Shown here: positions 22,059-34,675 of the stretch, one piece after another
Position numbering within the stretch: the first letter of the stretch is position 1
Layout of the letters: each line of letters starts with the position of its first letter
Origin: Iphione sp. A-MEVVRFRX5
Lineage: Eukaryota
NCBI GenBank assembly: GCA_976226885.1
Contig: OZ320319.1
Span: forward strand, 49,910,001-49,974,000
Length of the DNA stretch: 64,000 nt
Reading direction: 5' to 3'
Notes under the pieces: generated by a model
What the model was told of the DNA's origin: nothing
Database searches by the model: none
The model's input: the letters and a program-made list of their open reading frames with translations, nothing else
Translations under genes and position numbers: made by a program

Positions 22059-23411
22059 CCTATGTAAAAAAATAAATAGTAATTATTATAACATATCCAA
22101 GAATAACAGCTCAACTAGATAATTATATATTTCTTTATATTCACTACAGGAGATGAGTACCACTACTGTGTAAAGAGACATGTGAACAATCCCATGACAA
22201 AAGAGTTCTCAGGTAAGTTTACTTTGATTGAATTACATTGAGTCAAAGAAGACTTAATATACTCACCTTTTGAGATTCATCAGGTGAAGAAGATAACGAG
22301 TAAATACTCTCCATGTCATCTCGCGGTACATTGAAATTTTGTGGAGCAGGCACATCGGAAGATACCTACAGTAGAATTAACAGGATACGTTTATTTATAC
22401 CAACATCAAATCAATATGACCAGTAATATGTACCTTTTCATAGTGATATTACATTTCACTAATTACACTGTTCTCTTACTTACAGTTGATTCCAGGAATT
22501 ACACTCACTTCAATATGTGACGTCCCTTGTCCTGTGGATTGCTTGGAAGTGCCAGGTTGTGAAATTGCATCAACTGATGATGGTAGCTCCATTGTCACCT
22601 ATGACAGAAAACACCCACTATAAATATTTTAGTCAATCATATATATATATATATATATAGAAACAACACTTCAAGCTATAACAATCAAAAGACTACAAAC
22701 TCACCTCATCATCTGTTAAGGGACTATAACGGATGTTAGCAACTACCGGAGTATTCATCTGTGACTCATGACGTCTGGTTATGTCTTCAAGAACAGTCAA
22801 ACCTTCCAGTGATTGAGATGGAGAAGATGAATCTTCATAGTCAACTAGACGACGACGCTTCTAGGGTGAATTCGTCCCTTCCTGTGACAATTCTTCCTGA
22901 GAGACAATACATCTCTTCTTAGAGGGAGAGGGACTATCCGGCGTCCACCTATCTTCATCATCCAATACTTTGCATATAGTGGTAGACAATCCATTGAAAG
23001 ACTGAGGGAGATCATGGGACTCATGAAGAAGTAGTGGTGTATTCTCTTCATTTTGTGATTGAGATAGCCCACCATATTGTGATTGATCAGGAGTGATGTG
23101 TAGAAAATTGTTCAGCAACTCCATCTAAATTCCAGAGGAATAAAATATGCATGCCAATAATACGAGTTCATCCAAATGATTAAACAAAAAGATTGTGTAA
23201 CTATATGGTCTTTGTCAGACAATATAGAATTATAAAAATGAATTAGGCTTACCTCATCCTTAGATAGTTTGTTCCTTTCTAACTCTTGTCTTCTTTCGAT
23301 CACAATCGGATTGTCTTGAAGATTCTTTGAAGTCGCCCATGTCTCAAGTTCTTCTAAGTTGGTAAAAGCAGCAACCTGCTTTCGTAGAATATTAAGCAAA
23401 GCTTGGGCCAT
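22059..23411 (-). CDS. Multi-exon N-terminal leader spliced onto pPolB (exons 23411-23253, 23124-22705, 22598-22509, 22365-22267, then 22059 onward); one in-frame TAG at 22861-22863
   Basis: All four introns have GTAAGC or GTGAGT donors, pyrimidine-rich AG acceptors and phase 0, and the product is in frame with ATG 22047. Confidence 0.7.
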
Positions 23412-23933
23412 TGTATAACAAGACGAAGACCCAAGTGATCAGATCATATGAGACAGCTGTATATATAGTCCAGTCTTACCCGCTAGACATAGCAAATACC
23501 CTTGACATCAGACACTTGAACAGTTTTAAATTTCACCCACCAACCCACCCTTCAATCAATTTTGGACATGTACGGACATGATCATGTATGTAATCCCTCA
23601 GAGTAATTTAATTAAGAGAGGAAGCTTGCGATTTAGACGTTTTTATTTCAATGACTCTCTTCCACAGATCCAATTCAATCGATTCTGCAATAAACATAAT
23701 GTTTGGTATAGATCAAAATAACCGAAGGTGTGGAGGACTACGAACGTCATTCCTTCAGAACATTCAAGGTCACTTCTCAGGTTTCACACTTGAGGATGAC
23801 GCTGTCTGCTCACTCTGAAAGATAAAAAAAACATGATTGACAGGTGATAGAATAACATTTGCTTTACATATCAAAAAGTGTATAAATCATTGTGATGGGA
23901 TACAATTTTAAGCATTCCTTTATATCCTAAAAA

Positions 23934-24797
23934 CTAATATACTGCAGACAACATTATCATACTGACCTGTTCTTTAGTGCGTTCCAGCTTCTCTAACAGA
24001 CGATCAATATCAGCCTCAGCGACGCCATACCAGGTACAGAACATATTGCCTGGTTGACCATAGTTCCGGACCTCAAAGCGCCTCTTCTGTAGGATTTCAT
24101 CTGCTAGATGATCTTTCAGACTGTTGGGGAGAGGAAGAGTGGTAATGGCCTTGCGTGTTTTGCGCACCCTGTTAGTTTCGTTGACAAGATCACGCAGATA
24201 AGAAGCACAGCATACAGAGGAAAAGACACTGTGTGAATCGGAAGAGTCCTCATCGCTTTCGTCTTCGAATATGGCGACAAAATCATCTCCAACTTCAAAC
24301 AGCTCATCACCTACCGTATCTTCAATCTCGCCGTTCTCCCCTTCCAAGGCGAATCTTATGTCAGGCTTAGGTATATTCCACCATATAGCATTCAAGGCGG
24401 ATATACCAGCTTGCGTGAATAGACTCAAACGCTCATTAAACAGATTACTCCGAAGTACTTGCATACTCTTCTTAAACAACTGGAATATTTCAAGGGGGCA
24501 ATCTTTCAGTTGGTTGACCTCAGGCCCAATTACCATGCGATGCGCGGGTTCGCCAAGTTGACAAAGAAGACATCCACCTTCACCCTCTCGCACCAATTGC
24601 TGCCCAAACGTTGGCCTTCCAACTAAATCGGACATATGTACCTTACCGGTCTTCCAATCCCATTGAAAGTCGTCAAGGAATAGAATCATAACTCTGTGCA
24701 TATCTTCTTTAAGATGAAGATATATCTCAGGAAAAAATCTTTGACCATGAAGAATTGGATCATAATATTTCAGAACATATTTTCCTGCAAGATCCAT
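23934..24797 (-). CDS. Unknown 287-aa protein with a SOCS-box-like motif
   Basis: Intact ORF; CCASYLRDLV...AITTLPLPNSLKDHL resembles a BC-box plus the Cul5-box LPLP. Confidence 0.55.
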   Translation of the reverse strand: MDLAGKYVLKYYDPILHGQRFFPEIYLHLKEDMHRVMILFLDDFQWDWKTGKVHMSDLVGRPTFGQQLVREGEGGCLLCQLGEPAHRMVIGPEVNQLKDCPLEIFQLFKKSMQVLRSNLFNERLSLFTQAGISALNAIWWNIPKPDIRFALEGENGEIEDTVGDELFEVGDDFVAIFEDESDEDSSDSHSVFSSVCCASYLRDLVNETNRVRKTRKAITTLPLPNSLKDHLADEILQKRRFEVRNYGQPGNMFCTWYGVAEADIDRLLEKLERTKEQVSMIMLSAVY

Positions 24798-25886
24798 GAT
24801 GACTTTTCAACAGAGTGATAGAACAAGATGAGAACGCGCAGCTTCAAGGTCTTTATTATTTTTTCCCATGGATCTTCACATACTTAAAAGATGAGATTTA
24901 TAACACCTTGACAGCATTATCTACTTCTCGACACCTTTGTGTTCCCATTTAAGTTTGGGAAAAGTAAACTTTACAAAGTGATCAGGGACATTCGAATAGG
25001 TTTGCATCCCTATAAGTTCTATTCAAGTGAAAAGACGTGATAACAAAGAGGTGTGAAACGCATCCAATCAAGTGGAGATGAAAAAATCGGTTCGTGTTCA
25101 GACAAGTACATCTTGATCATAGATAAGAGAAGAGGACGTGTTCAGACACATTATCTCACTTCAAATAGATTGTGAAAGAAACCGCCGACATTCCGACATT
25201 CCGACATTCCAGACGTGAGAGGGAGAGAGAGAGAGAGATTATCTTTTGTTTAATTGTTGGATCCCTAAAAAGGGATCCAGTCAAAAATTACTGCGTTATC
25301 CTGAGTGGCTGCGGCTCTCGTCGTCGATGTCACCAGTTTTTGAAATGATACGCACCTTTTGGGATGCCATGATCCGAACCTATGTCTCATTTTGTTGAAC
25401 TTTATATGAAAATAAGAGATGCGTAAATGGTGTTTCATTCACATGCTGATGACAAGTGGAGACTAATATTTTCAAATATTCATTTGGGTCTATGGAAAAT
25501 AACCACTTACCAAACAGAAAATTAATATGTAACATTTTAATCTTAGTATGGGAGCAATACACATTTATTTCAAGCAATGTCTCAAGAAATGAGTTCAAGA
25601 GACACGTCAGACATACATAGATCACGTCAGATGCCATCTTCAGGGAAAACGAAGACAACGCTGATGCCATCTGGTGTTGAACTGATGAGTCATAACTATC
25701 GTCTGCCGTAACCCTTGTCATAAGCGGGGACTTTCTCCCTTATCTAAGTAGGTCGAGTAGCGCCCACTTGTTATCATCTCGTTTCTTTTTTCTTATCTAA
25801 ATAGGTCAAGTACCGCACATCTATTATCATCTCATAATCACCTTATCTATGTTGGTCAAGTGATTAGCACTCGGTGACCTTTCTGT

Positions 25887-25925
25887 ACTAAAGGGGTCTG
25901 GGGTTAGTTACCTTACCATACTACT
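25887..25925 (-). repeat. Polinton right TIR core (39 bp)
   Basis: Exact reverse complement of 908-946, followed by TSD TATATT. Confidence 0.95.
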
Positions 25926-27193
25926 TATATTTAGGGTTAATTCATTAGACAGTGAAGGAACAACAATAGCTCCATTGTGGTAGTGAAAAAGGAAGTACTT
26001 TTATTACTTTTAGTACTAGTTATGAGAGTTTCTGGGCTAGCCCAGTTGCAACCCATGGCAAAGCCCACTATAAGTCTTCCTTAGCCTCCTGACAGTAAAG
26101 TTTCTTCCATACAATGCTACATGTGAGATTCTTTTAGTCTCTATTTCCAGATAATTGTATGGTTGTCTACATTAATCTCTTGTTCACTCTTCGTTGCCTT
26201 CGAATGTTACCACCAAAAATACCAAAGAGAATAGGCACATTCTGATGTTCCTCCCGATTGTAATTTTCCTCAGCAATAAACAACAGGCAAGTGAACAGGT
26301 CTGAAAATTTTAGTGGAGTAGAAATAATATTCTTCAGAGGCAACAGAGTACTGTCAACCCAATGGTTGATTTGCATAATAGAGTCTTTGCCTGCACCCAA
26401 TACAACGATGCATGTTTTCCCATGACCCAGATTCAGCCAATATGCACACAGAGCGGGAAACCCATGGTTCTACAAACAATACACACATGGCAGGTCTGCT
26501 AAACTGCAGATAGAGGGTGATCTTTCTCAAACAATTATAGAAAAACTATAACAGATTGGAGAAAACCATTATGCATGTGTGTAGATAATATTTTAAAGTT
26601 CACTTGCCCAAAGTATGAAGTATTTCTACTCAGAAGTGAGAAAATGGCAGCAGTGGAAAGATCACTGTTTTTAGGTAGCACTCAGTGCAGACTGTCACTA
26701 GCATGTTGAGGCAGTGCGGAACTGGGTCGGGTTCCACTGCACCCTCTGATGTGAGCAGAAGAGTCCATACAGATTCTAGCAGTCGCATCAGAGAGCATTG
26801 TAGCAGCTGCATATTCCTTGGTGTGTCCCGGTGAATGATATTAGGGTCATATTACTATAATTTAAGCTTGATCATAAAAACTTGTCAAAATTACATGAAA
26901 TAATTTTTGTACATATTGTGGTGTGCATGCGGGGTTGTACATGCAGGGTACTTCCTGGGGAGAGGAACTTAGCACTTTGCGATCTCCCAGAGAAGAAGAG
27001 GATTCCTCCATGGAGAGTGCAGAAAAAGGACAAACCCCGCACATTCCTGGGGCGGGGTAGCCCCATACAACCCCTCACCCCGGAGTGGGGCCACCCCACA
27101 CACTCTCTCGCCCCAGAGTGGGGCAGGAGCCCACATCCCTGCACCCCAGAGTGTGGCAACTGCACAGAATAACCAGGGGGGGGGGATAGTGCC

Positions 27194-30100
27194 ATGACCC
27201 AGCATCTTCTGATTGGAGGAGGAAGAATCAAACTCAGAGAGGAGGAGGGTACTGGAAATGAAGAAAGCAAAGAGGAAGGCAACTCAGGTGACAACGAGGA
27301 GGGTGTGGGGGTAGGCGACCAAGGAACTAATCCACCTAGGAGAGATACCACCCTCCCTATTCAAAGGCCTGGCACAAGCATTGATGACCGGAATGAGGAA
27401 GCCACCATACACCAGGGCACCCCAAGGAAGAACAATACCAAGCCAGAGCAGTACAACAGCACCACTCCACTCATGGATTACATTCAGCACTTTGAGTGGG
27501 TAGCTTCGGCAAACCAGTGGAATGATTGGGAGAAAGCACTGCAGATAAGCATCAACCTTAGGAAGTCAGTCCGGGTGATCCTAAGGACCGAGGCTTGGGA
27601 TGAATCAGATCCGCAGGCATACCAGAAACTACTGAAGCTATTAAAGAGAAGATTTATGTCCAAGGACCAGGCGGGACTATTCGAGCAGCAATTGGAAAGT
27701 CGATGCAAGACCAAGGAAGAAGACCTAGATCAGTTTGCAGAAGAGATTGAAAGGCTGGTGCGTCAGGTCTACCCAGAGGCCGAAGGCCCATGGTTGGACT
27801 GGATGTGCTGCAAATACTTCACCAGGGTACTGTGGGACAAATGAGTGAGGAAACAAGTCACCTTGAGCAAGGCTACAACCTTCCAAGGGGTGCTGTCACA
27901 GGCACTCCTGGCAGACTCTTTCTACCGGGCTGAAGAAGAGCAGGGAGGACCCCATCGGGTGCGTGCTGTGAGAGAAGAAGGAGATACCAACCTTGCTGTG
28001 GTCGTCTCTGCTTCTCGGCCAGGGAATGGTGCTGCATTAGAATGAATTGAGAAGCTCCTGCAACAACTTTTGATGCCAAAGGAGACAAGCGAACCAAAGA
28101 AGCCAAGACAGTGGAGTAAGAAAGGAAAGTGTTACTTCTGTAATGAACCTGGTCATTTCAAGAGGGATTGCAAGAAATTCAAGGCCTATCAGGCGGAAAA
28201 CGTGGACCCACCTGCCCCAGAGAAGTAGGGCAGGCGAAGTCAACTGCAGGGGGTGACGAGTGGCCTGAACACCTAACTGTGTCATTTAACGGTTCAGACC
28301 ATACACATCAGTTACAAGCTAGAAGAGATAACATCATCAAGGGCTGGAGCTTATCCAGTCGGCTTCAGGGGATTTCTGTGGAATGGCTGGTGGATACAGG
28401 AGCCTCAGTGACTGTCTTGTCAGACAGGGTGTTTAAGCAAGTAAGGGGATTTCCCCTGCAACCACATCAAGGGTGAGTGTTGTGTGCCAATGGAAAACCA
28501 CTGGAAGTACTGGGTGAGGTACAAATGGGAGTGGACTTCGGACAGATCCGCCTACCTGTGACGGCCAGAGTAAGGATCATAGAGGCAGATAGCCTGCTCA
28601 GACTGGACAACTTGACTCGATGGGAGGCAGCTGTGCACACCAGAACTGGAGAAATAGCAGTATGTCTCCCAAGACAAAGGAAACCGAGCCTTCCTACAGG
28701 ATTCCCTGGTGGTCGAAGGACATTGTCAGTAAGTTCTTCCCGTAAGGCTACAAGGTATGGGAGAGACAGATGATATCGTGATCAAAGGGTTCCCAGCTTT
28801 TGAAGAGAAGTCGACACTATGCATAGTAGCAACTGTATTAGGAGGACAGAACGACGACCTGGGACTACTGGCCTGTAATCGCGGTGAAAAAGGCATGCGT
28901 ATCTACCAGAGAACCTACGTGGGGGTGGTATCTATGCTGGTTCTGAGGGAGAAGAAGGCAGAGGAGGTGTTGAATGCTGTCGAGGCAGAGCTTTTGGCTG
29001 AAGAGCAGGAAGAGGCAATCCAACTGCTGCTGAAGACACTTCCTGAGGAAATAACAGATTTAGAGAAGGAGCTGATGCATCAGTTATTATGGAAGTACCG
29101 TGGGGCCATTCAGACGCCATCAGGACCTGTGGGATGCACTAGCCTAATCAGTCATCAAATAGAAACCCAAGGGCATACACCAATCTGACAAAGGACCTGT
29201 TGCATCCCCCGTGATAAAAGGCCTCTGGTCCGAGCGGAGGTGAAAAAGATGCTCAACAAGGGAGTGTTGGAACCCTTGACCAGCCCATGGGCATCCCCAA
29301 TAGTGCTAGGGAAAAAGAAAGATGGGGGTGTCAGGTTCTGTGTGGATTACCGGAAACTCAATGGGTGCACGAAGAAGGACACATACCCCTTGCCCAGAAT
29401 TGATGACCATCCCAATAATCATGAGAAGACTGTTGTGTGCACCACCGAGGGACTTTATCAGTTTAAAGTCATGCCATTTGGCCTCTGTAATGCACCATCA
29501 ACATTTGAGAGGCTAATGGAAGCTATTCTGAGAGGGTTGGTAGAGGATAAATGTCTTATCTACCTGGATGATGTCATTATTCTGGGTCAATCAGTGGAAG
29601 ACAGCTGTGTGAATCTGGCCAAAGTATTGGAACGGTTCCAAGAAGCAGGTCTACGCATCAAGCCGTCAAAGTGCCAGCTCTGCCAAAGGAGGGTGCAGTG
29701 CCTAGGACACAAAGGTTTGGAAGAAGGGGTGTCTCCTGACCTGGAGAAGATGAGCACCATTGCGGACTGGCCCACCCCCGTTGCCTGGAAGAAGTGTGAA
29801 GTTTCCTAGGACTAACGTCTTACTACCGGAGTTTCATACAAAACTTTGCCAATGTAGCATCCCCCCTCATCAGCCTGATGGAGAAGGGTGTGGTGTTTTG
29901 CTGGGGACAGCAATGTGAAACTGCCTTCCAATCATTGAAGAGGAGTCTTTGCAGTGCTCCCATCCTTGCATATCCTCAACCCCTTGGAGCCCTATGCCTG
30001 GACACTGACACATCCCTGGTAGGGGTGGGAGCCATCCTCAGTCAGGAACAGGAAGGAATGGAGAGAGTGACTGCTTAAGCCAGCCGATGCTTGTTGAAGC

Positions 30101-31453
30101 CTGAACACAATTATTGTATGATCTGTCAAGAGTTGTTAGCTGTAGTTTGGGCATTGAGGAAGTTCAGACACTACTTGGGGTCCCAGGAGGTGCAGATAAT
30201 AACCGACCATGACTCTCTGAAGTAGTTGTGTCGGTTCCGTGAACCAGAGGGACAGTTAGCGTGATGGTTAGAAGAAATATTCTGTTGCAGCTTCACTATC
30301 ATCCATCTTCCGGGAAGAAAGCCCAGAAACGTAGATGGCCTTTAACGCGCCGGCAGTGTGGACGAATGGAAGAAGGTATTAAGAGTGAAGAAGTGGTCCA
30401 TCAGTTGGAGCTGCGGAGCCGGGATGATCCTCTGGGCATAGAAGAGGCCACCATAGAAGGGGTACCTTGTGAGATCCTGACCTGGTTGAAGGACCAGAGC
30501 GGTGAGAAACCTGCAATCCACAAACAACACGGATGGGAAGAGAGGAAGCTACTAGCCAAGTTAGAATGGTTGGAAGAGGACAATGACAAGCTGATCAGGC
30601 TCTGGGAGCTGGAAGATGGATGGCGGCTGCAGCAGTGTTAGGTACCTCGAAGTCTGTGTCAGAAGGTCTGGGAAGCGGTGCATGTGGGGCCCATGGGAGG
30701 CCACCTTGCCCCTGAGAAGACCTTGTGAGTGCTGCGACTGGAGTATTTCTGGCAAGGGCAGCGTTGGCCATTACCTGCTGGGGGAGAAGATGTCAGGAAT
30801 GTCAACAACGCAAGCCATCAGGGGCGAGTCGTGGGAAACTGCTTCAGAAGAGTGGGGTGGAAGAGCCCTAGTCCCTGGTTGTGGTGCATGTCCTGGGGCC
30901 CCTCCCAAGAATGGAGCGGAGGACTTGCTATGTATTGGTAATTGTGGATCACTTCACAAAATGGGCAGAAGCATTTCCCCTGGAGCAGGCGAATGCAGAG
31001 ACCACTGCCAACGTCCTCTTGAGAGAAGTAATTTGCAGATTTGGACCTCCCTGTACCATCCATTCAAACCAAGGAAGAAACTTCAAGAGTCAGCTAGTGG
31101 CCACTGCGCTAAAGAAGATGGGAGTGCAGAAGACAAGGACCACGCCCTATAATCCCCAAAACGACGGGGTAATGGAACAACTAAATAGGACACTGTTAGC
31201 TATGTTAGCTACTGCCTGTGAGGATGCACAAGAAGAGTGGGATCTGCAACTACCTTAAGTCATTGCAGCTTATTGGGCAACTCCGCACGGAAGCACGGGA
31301 TGCACCCCTAACTGGCTGATGATGCAAAGAGAGACTACTCTGCCAGTGGAAGCTATGTACGGGGGGCCAGAACCCCTTAGCCAAGATCTGGTGTCTTATG
31401 CTGCTGAGCTGCAAGACCAGGCTCAGAAAGCCTACTGAAAAGTAGCTGTTCTG
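27194..31453 (+). mobile_element. Decayed Ty3/Gypsy element A, gag-pro-RT-RH-IN (5' part)
   Basis: gag KPEQY...DYIQHFEWVASANQW; CCHC CYFCNEPGHFKRDC (about 28130-28171); protease LVDTGAS; RT WASPIV...YLDDV; RH DTSLVGVGAIL; IN VDHFTKW...SNQG...EQLNRTL. Many stops and frameshifts. Confidence 0.92.
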
Positions 31454-31697
31454 TTAGCCCTATCCCGACCAACACTGGGCGGATCGATCGAATTCGATCG
31501 ATCCATTTGGGTCTATTAGTCACGTGATTAAAGTTATTGTAAAAAATGTTTTTGTGAGTATTATGGTTGAATAAGTATTAAAGTATGTCAAACTGCAAAA
31601 ATAAGTAATAATTTATAAAAATTTAATATTTAAAAGGGTTACTAAGGAGTTGCTATCCAAGACTAGGGAAGGTCTGAAGTAAGGTCTCTCCAGGGCC

Positions 31698-34194
31698 ATG
31701 GGTAGGCCTACAAGGGCATCGGCTGGAAAAGCCAAAATAGCCATTGCAAGAAGCCTGAATTGTAAAAGAAGGAAGATAGACATTGTTGAAGATGTGGAAG
31801 AGTGTTTTGAGGATGAAATTGATGAGGAAATGTCAGGAAATTCAGGTGAAGATGATGATATGTACGAGGACGTTGATGGCCCAGATGATGGTGGAGGTGA
31901 TGGAAACTCGAGAGGTCTGTCGAAACGGTAAGTAACAGAACTTTACAAATCTATTTGTATATATTTATCATAATTTTATGATATTGATAGTGAAAATGTA
32001 TATATACAATGATAATTGATGTTTTTCCAGATAATGTACGTCTAGGGAATTAAAAAAAATATGTGAGGAATTGCCCCAAGGAGGATTCGAACCGATGTAA
32101 AAGCAATGTAAACGAGTTGTACCATATGCTGTACCGACTGTACCATTGAAGTCAGTCACTATAAAGTTACATATTGTAAATCTATATATTGCAGATTCAA
32201 GACCTATGGAGATGCTGATGTGTTGCCCAAGGTGCAGCCATTCAAACCACAACGTCCTGCAGGTCCTCATATTGGAGAATGTGGTACAAGAGCAAAGGGG
32301 AAGAAATTCACCTCACCACTAGATTTCTTCAAGCTGTTCTTCAGTGATGCCATAGTGGAAATGATTCGTGACAATTCCAACAAATATGCTCAGATGCATA
32401 TACAGAACAAAAGTACATATGCTGGTGCTGATGGCAAGTGGGAAGATATTACAAGTGATGAAATCCACAGATTCATAGGCATGGTGCTCTTCATGGGGAT
32501 CATCAGGCTGCCCGACCTACCCAGATATTTCTCCTATGCTACCCTTTATGCTGGAGGATGGGCTAGAAGGTTCTTAGCAAGGCTAAGGTCAGTGTCGTTC
32601 AATAACCCAGTAATGATATTTACTTGTATAATATTGCACAATCTATCCATTTGTAATTCCTCAGATACATGTGTACATCTGTTTTTATGTAATTGTATAT
32701 TATTCTTACAGGCTGAAGGCTATCATGGGGATGCTCCATGTGAGCGATCCAGAGTCAGAAAATAAAGATGACAAGCTGACAAAAGTACAGCCCATCATAG
32801 AGCACATGAAGAGATGTTGCAAAGAGTATTACCAGCCTGGGAGAGACCTCTCCATAGATGAAAGAATGGTGAGGTCAAAAGGACGAACACCCATCACTCA
32901 GTTCATGCCCAACAAGCCAGCACGGTTTGGTCTGAAGTTATGGTGTCTCTGTGATGCTGACAACGGATATACAGTAGATTTTAAGTGAGTGTGTTCATAA
33001 CTATTTTTGATATTACATAATTATAATTTCAGTGAGATGTCATTGTCTGAACTTTTTTGAATCTGTTTTTGCCTGAACTGTTCCTCAGACAACATGCATT
33101 TATGTTTCAGTGTCTACACTGGAAGGAGGCAGCGGCCAAGCAGCAATGGTCTAGGCTATGATGTCTGCACAGAACTGCTCCAGAACTACCAACATCAGGG
33201 CTACCACACCTTCTGCGATAATTTCTTCACCTCCATGTCTCTTGTTGTTGCTTTGAGGTCACAAGGAATCTACATGTGTGGTACCACTCTTCCTCATTGT
33301 CGTGGGTTCCCCAAATAATTCAAAAATAAAACATGGTGCAAGAAGGTAGGAAGGGGTGCCATGAGATTCACCAGGAGCAATAATGTACTGTGTTTGCAGT
33401 GGAAGGACAGGAAACCCGTATGTGTGCTCAGTTCATTCCACAAAGGTACAGATTATGTCATGGTAAAGAGGAGAAGTAAGAACAAGGATGGAGTCTACCA
33501 GCAGCTGACTTTGAAGAAACCCATAGCGATTGACGACTACAATAAAAAGATGGGAGGAGTTGATCTTTCCGATCAGCTCATCGAGGCGTACAACATCTTG
33601 CTCAAGACCCACAGATGGTGGAAAACAATTTTCTACCATCTGATTGATGTAGCCACAGTCAACAGCTTCATTCTGTTCCGTCAGTGGCAAAAGATGCACC
33701 CCTCAGAGAAGGCCCTCAGGAGGAAGAAATGTGAGTCTCTTCCATTAGGACAGTACCACAATGCTCCTTCAGTGACTGAAGAAATAAGCAACCACATTCA
33801 TAAATTTTATGCAATATCTTCATTTAATACAGCAATTAATGATAACTCTTATGCAATTCCAGCTTACTCACACCTGCATTTCCGTGAGGAATTGATGAGA
33901 CAATTGGCCGGCATTACCGACGACGAGGACATCCCTGTGGGCAACAACCCAAGGAGGATCACCCCTTCCAGTTCCTACCATGTCAACCACTACCCTGAAC
34001 ATGCTGGTGTCAGAAGGAATTGCAGGGTATGTTACATCGAGATGCAGAGAGAAGTGAAGGCAATCCTGAAGTGCAGTCATCCAGACTGTGGAGTTCATCT
34101 CTGCATCACTGGGGCCAAGAACTGCTTCCAGATCTGGCACAGTCCGGAGTTCGATGAGAAGAGGAGCAAACCCTACACTATCAGCCATCCATGA
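31698..34194 (+). CDS. piggyBac transposase, 5 exons (31698-31927, 32195-32587, 32712-32984, 33111-33730, 33863-34194), one in-frame TAA at 33316-33318
   Basis: Catalytic SIDERM, CDNFFTS and MGGVDLSD motifs plus a C-terminal Cys-rich domain. All four GT-AG introns are phase-compatible. Confidence 0.9.
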
Positions 34195-34197
34195 AGC

Positions 34198-34675
34198 CTA
34201 CTTGACCTTTGGGTACTTGATGACAGACATCTCCTCCAGTGTGACGTGATAGACCTGTTATAATGAGAAAAGTAAATCATTAGGCATATCAGTAAAGCAT
34301 TTATGAGATATTTTGATCGCAATATGTTCCACTGATAATTTATTGGAGGAACTTACATGGGGCTGATGTTCATATTGTGCATCGTAGTGGCTTTCAGGTT
34401 CATCTCTGAACCTATCTCTCACAGCCTGACGGATCTCCAGGGGAAACGTATATGTCTTGTAGCCTGGGCCTAGTTTCCCACAAAACTGTAAGGAGAGAAT
34501 GTGCCTCACATTAAATAATGCCTGTCTTTCACAAGTTCACTTTTGTCAATTTATTTGTTGAATATATAATATATATAATTCACACACCTTCGCAGCAATC
34601 CATAGCTTCTTGAAAATTTCCTGTTTGGATGCACCTTTCTCCAGGATGTCTATCAGCCCAAGTGGCACTTCAAGG
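34198..34675 (-). CDS. 3' exons of a second, convergent spliced gene inside the piggyBac (unknown function)
   Basis: Three exons joined by phase-0 GT-AG introns: ...LEKGASKQEIFKKLWIAAK / FCGKLGPGYKTYTFPLEIRQAVRDRF...HQPH / VYHVTLEEMSVIKYPKVK-stop. Confidence 0.6.

Larger units (their letters stand above)
908..25925. mobile_element. Polinton/Maverick (adintovirus-like) endogenous virus, full length (25,018 bp), partly decayed
   Basis: Ends read AGTAGTATGG...CCATACTACT. 39-bp perfect TIRs; 6-bp TSD TATATT at 902-907 and 25926-25931. Carries the core gene set pPolB, rve integrase, ATPase, MCP, mCP and adenain. Confidence 0.96.

Noticed and set aside
22150-22212. Plus-strand 63-nt exon (CTACAG|...CAG|GTAAGT) inside the last leader intron
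   Set aside because: Good splice-like signals, but no partner exons or ORF could be linked, so it is unsupported.
25932-26850. LINE ORF1-like remnant continuing the element interrupted by the Polinton
   Set aside because: Only vague peptide resemblance, many stops and no diagnostic motif.
26950-27190. 5' LTR of Gypsy A / CCCCAGAGTGGGG mini-repeats
   Set aside because: No matching 3' copy, PBS or TSD was found.
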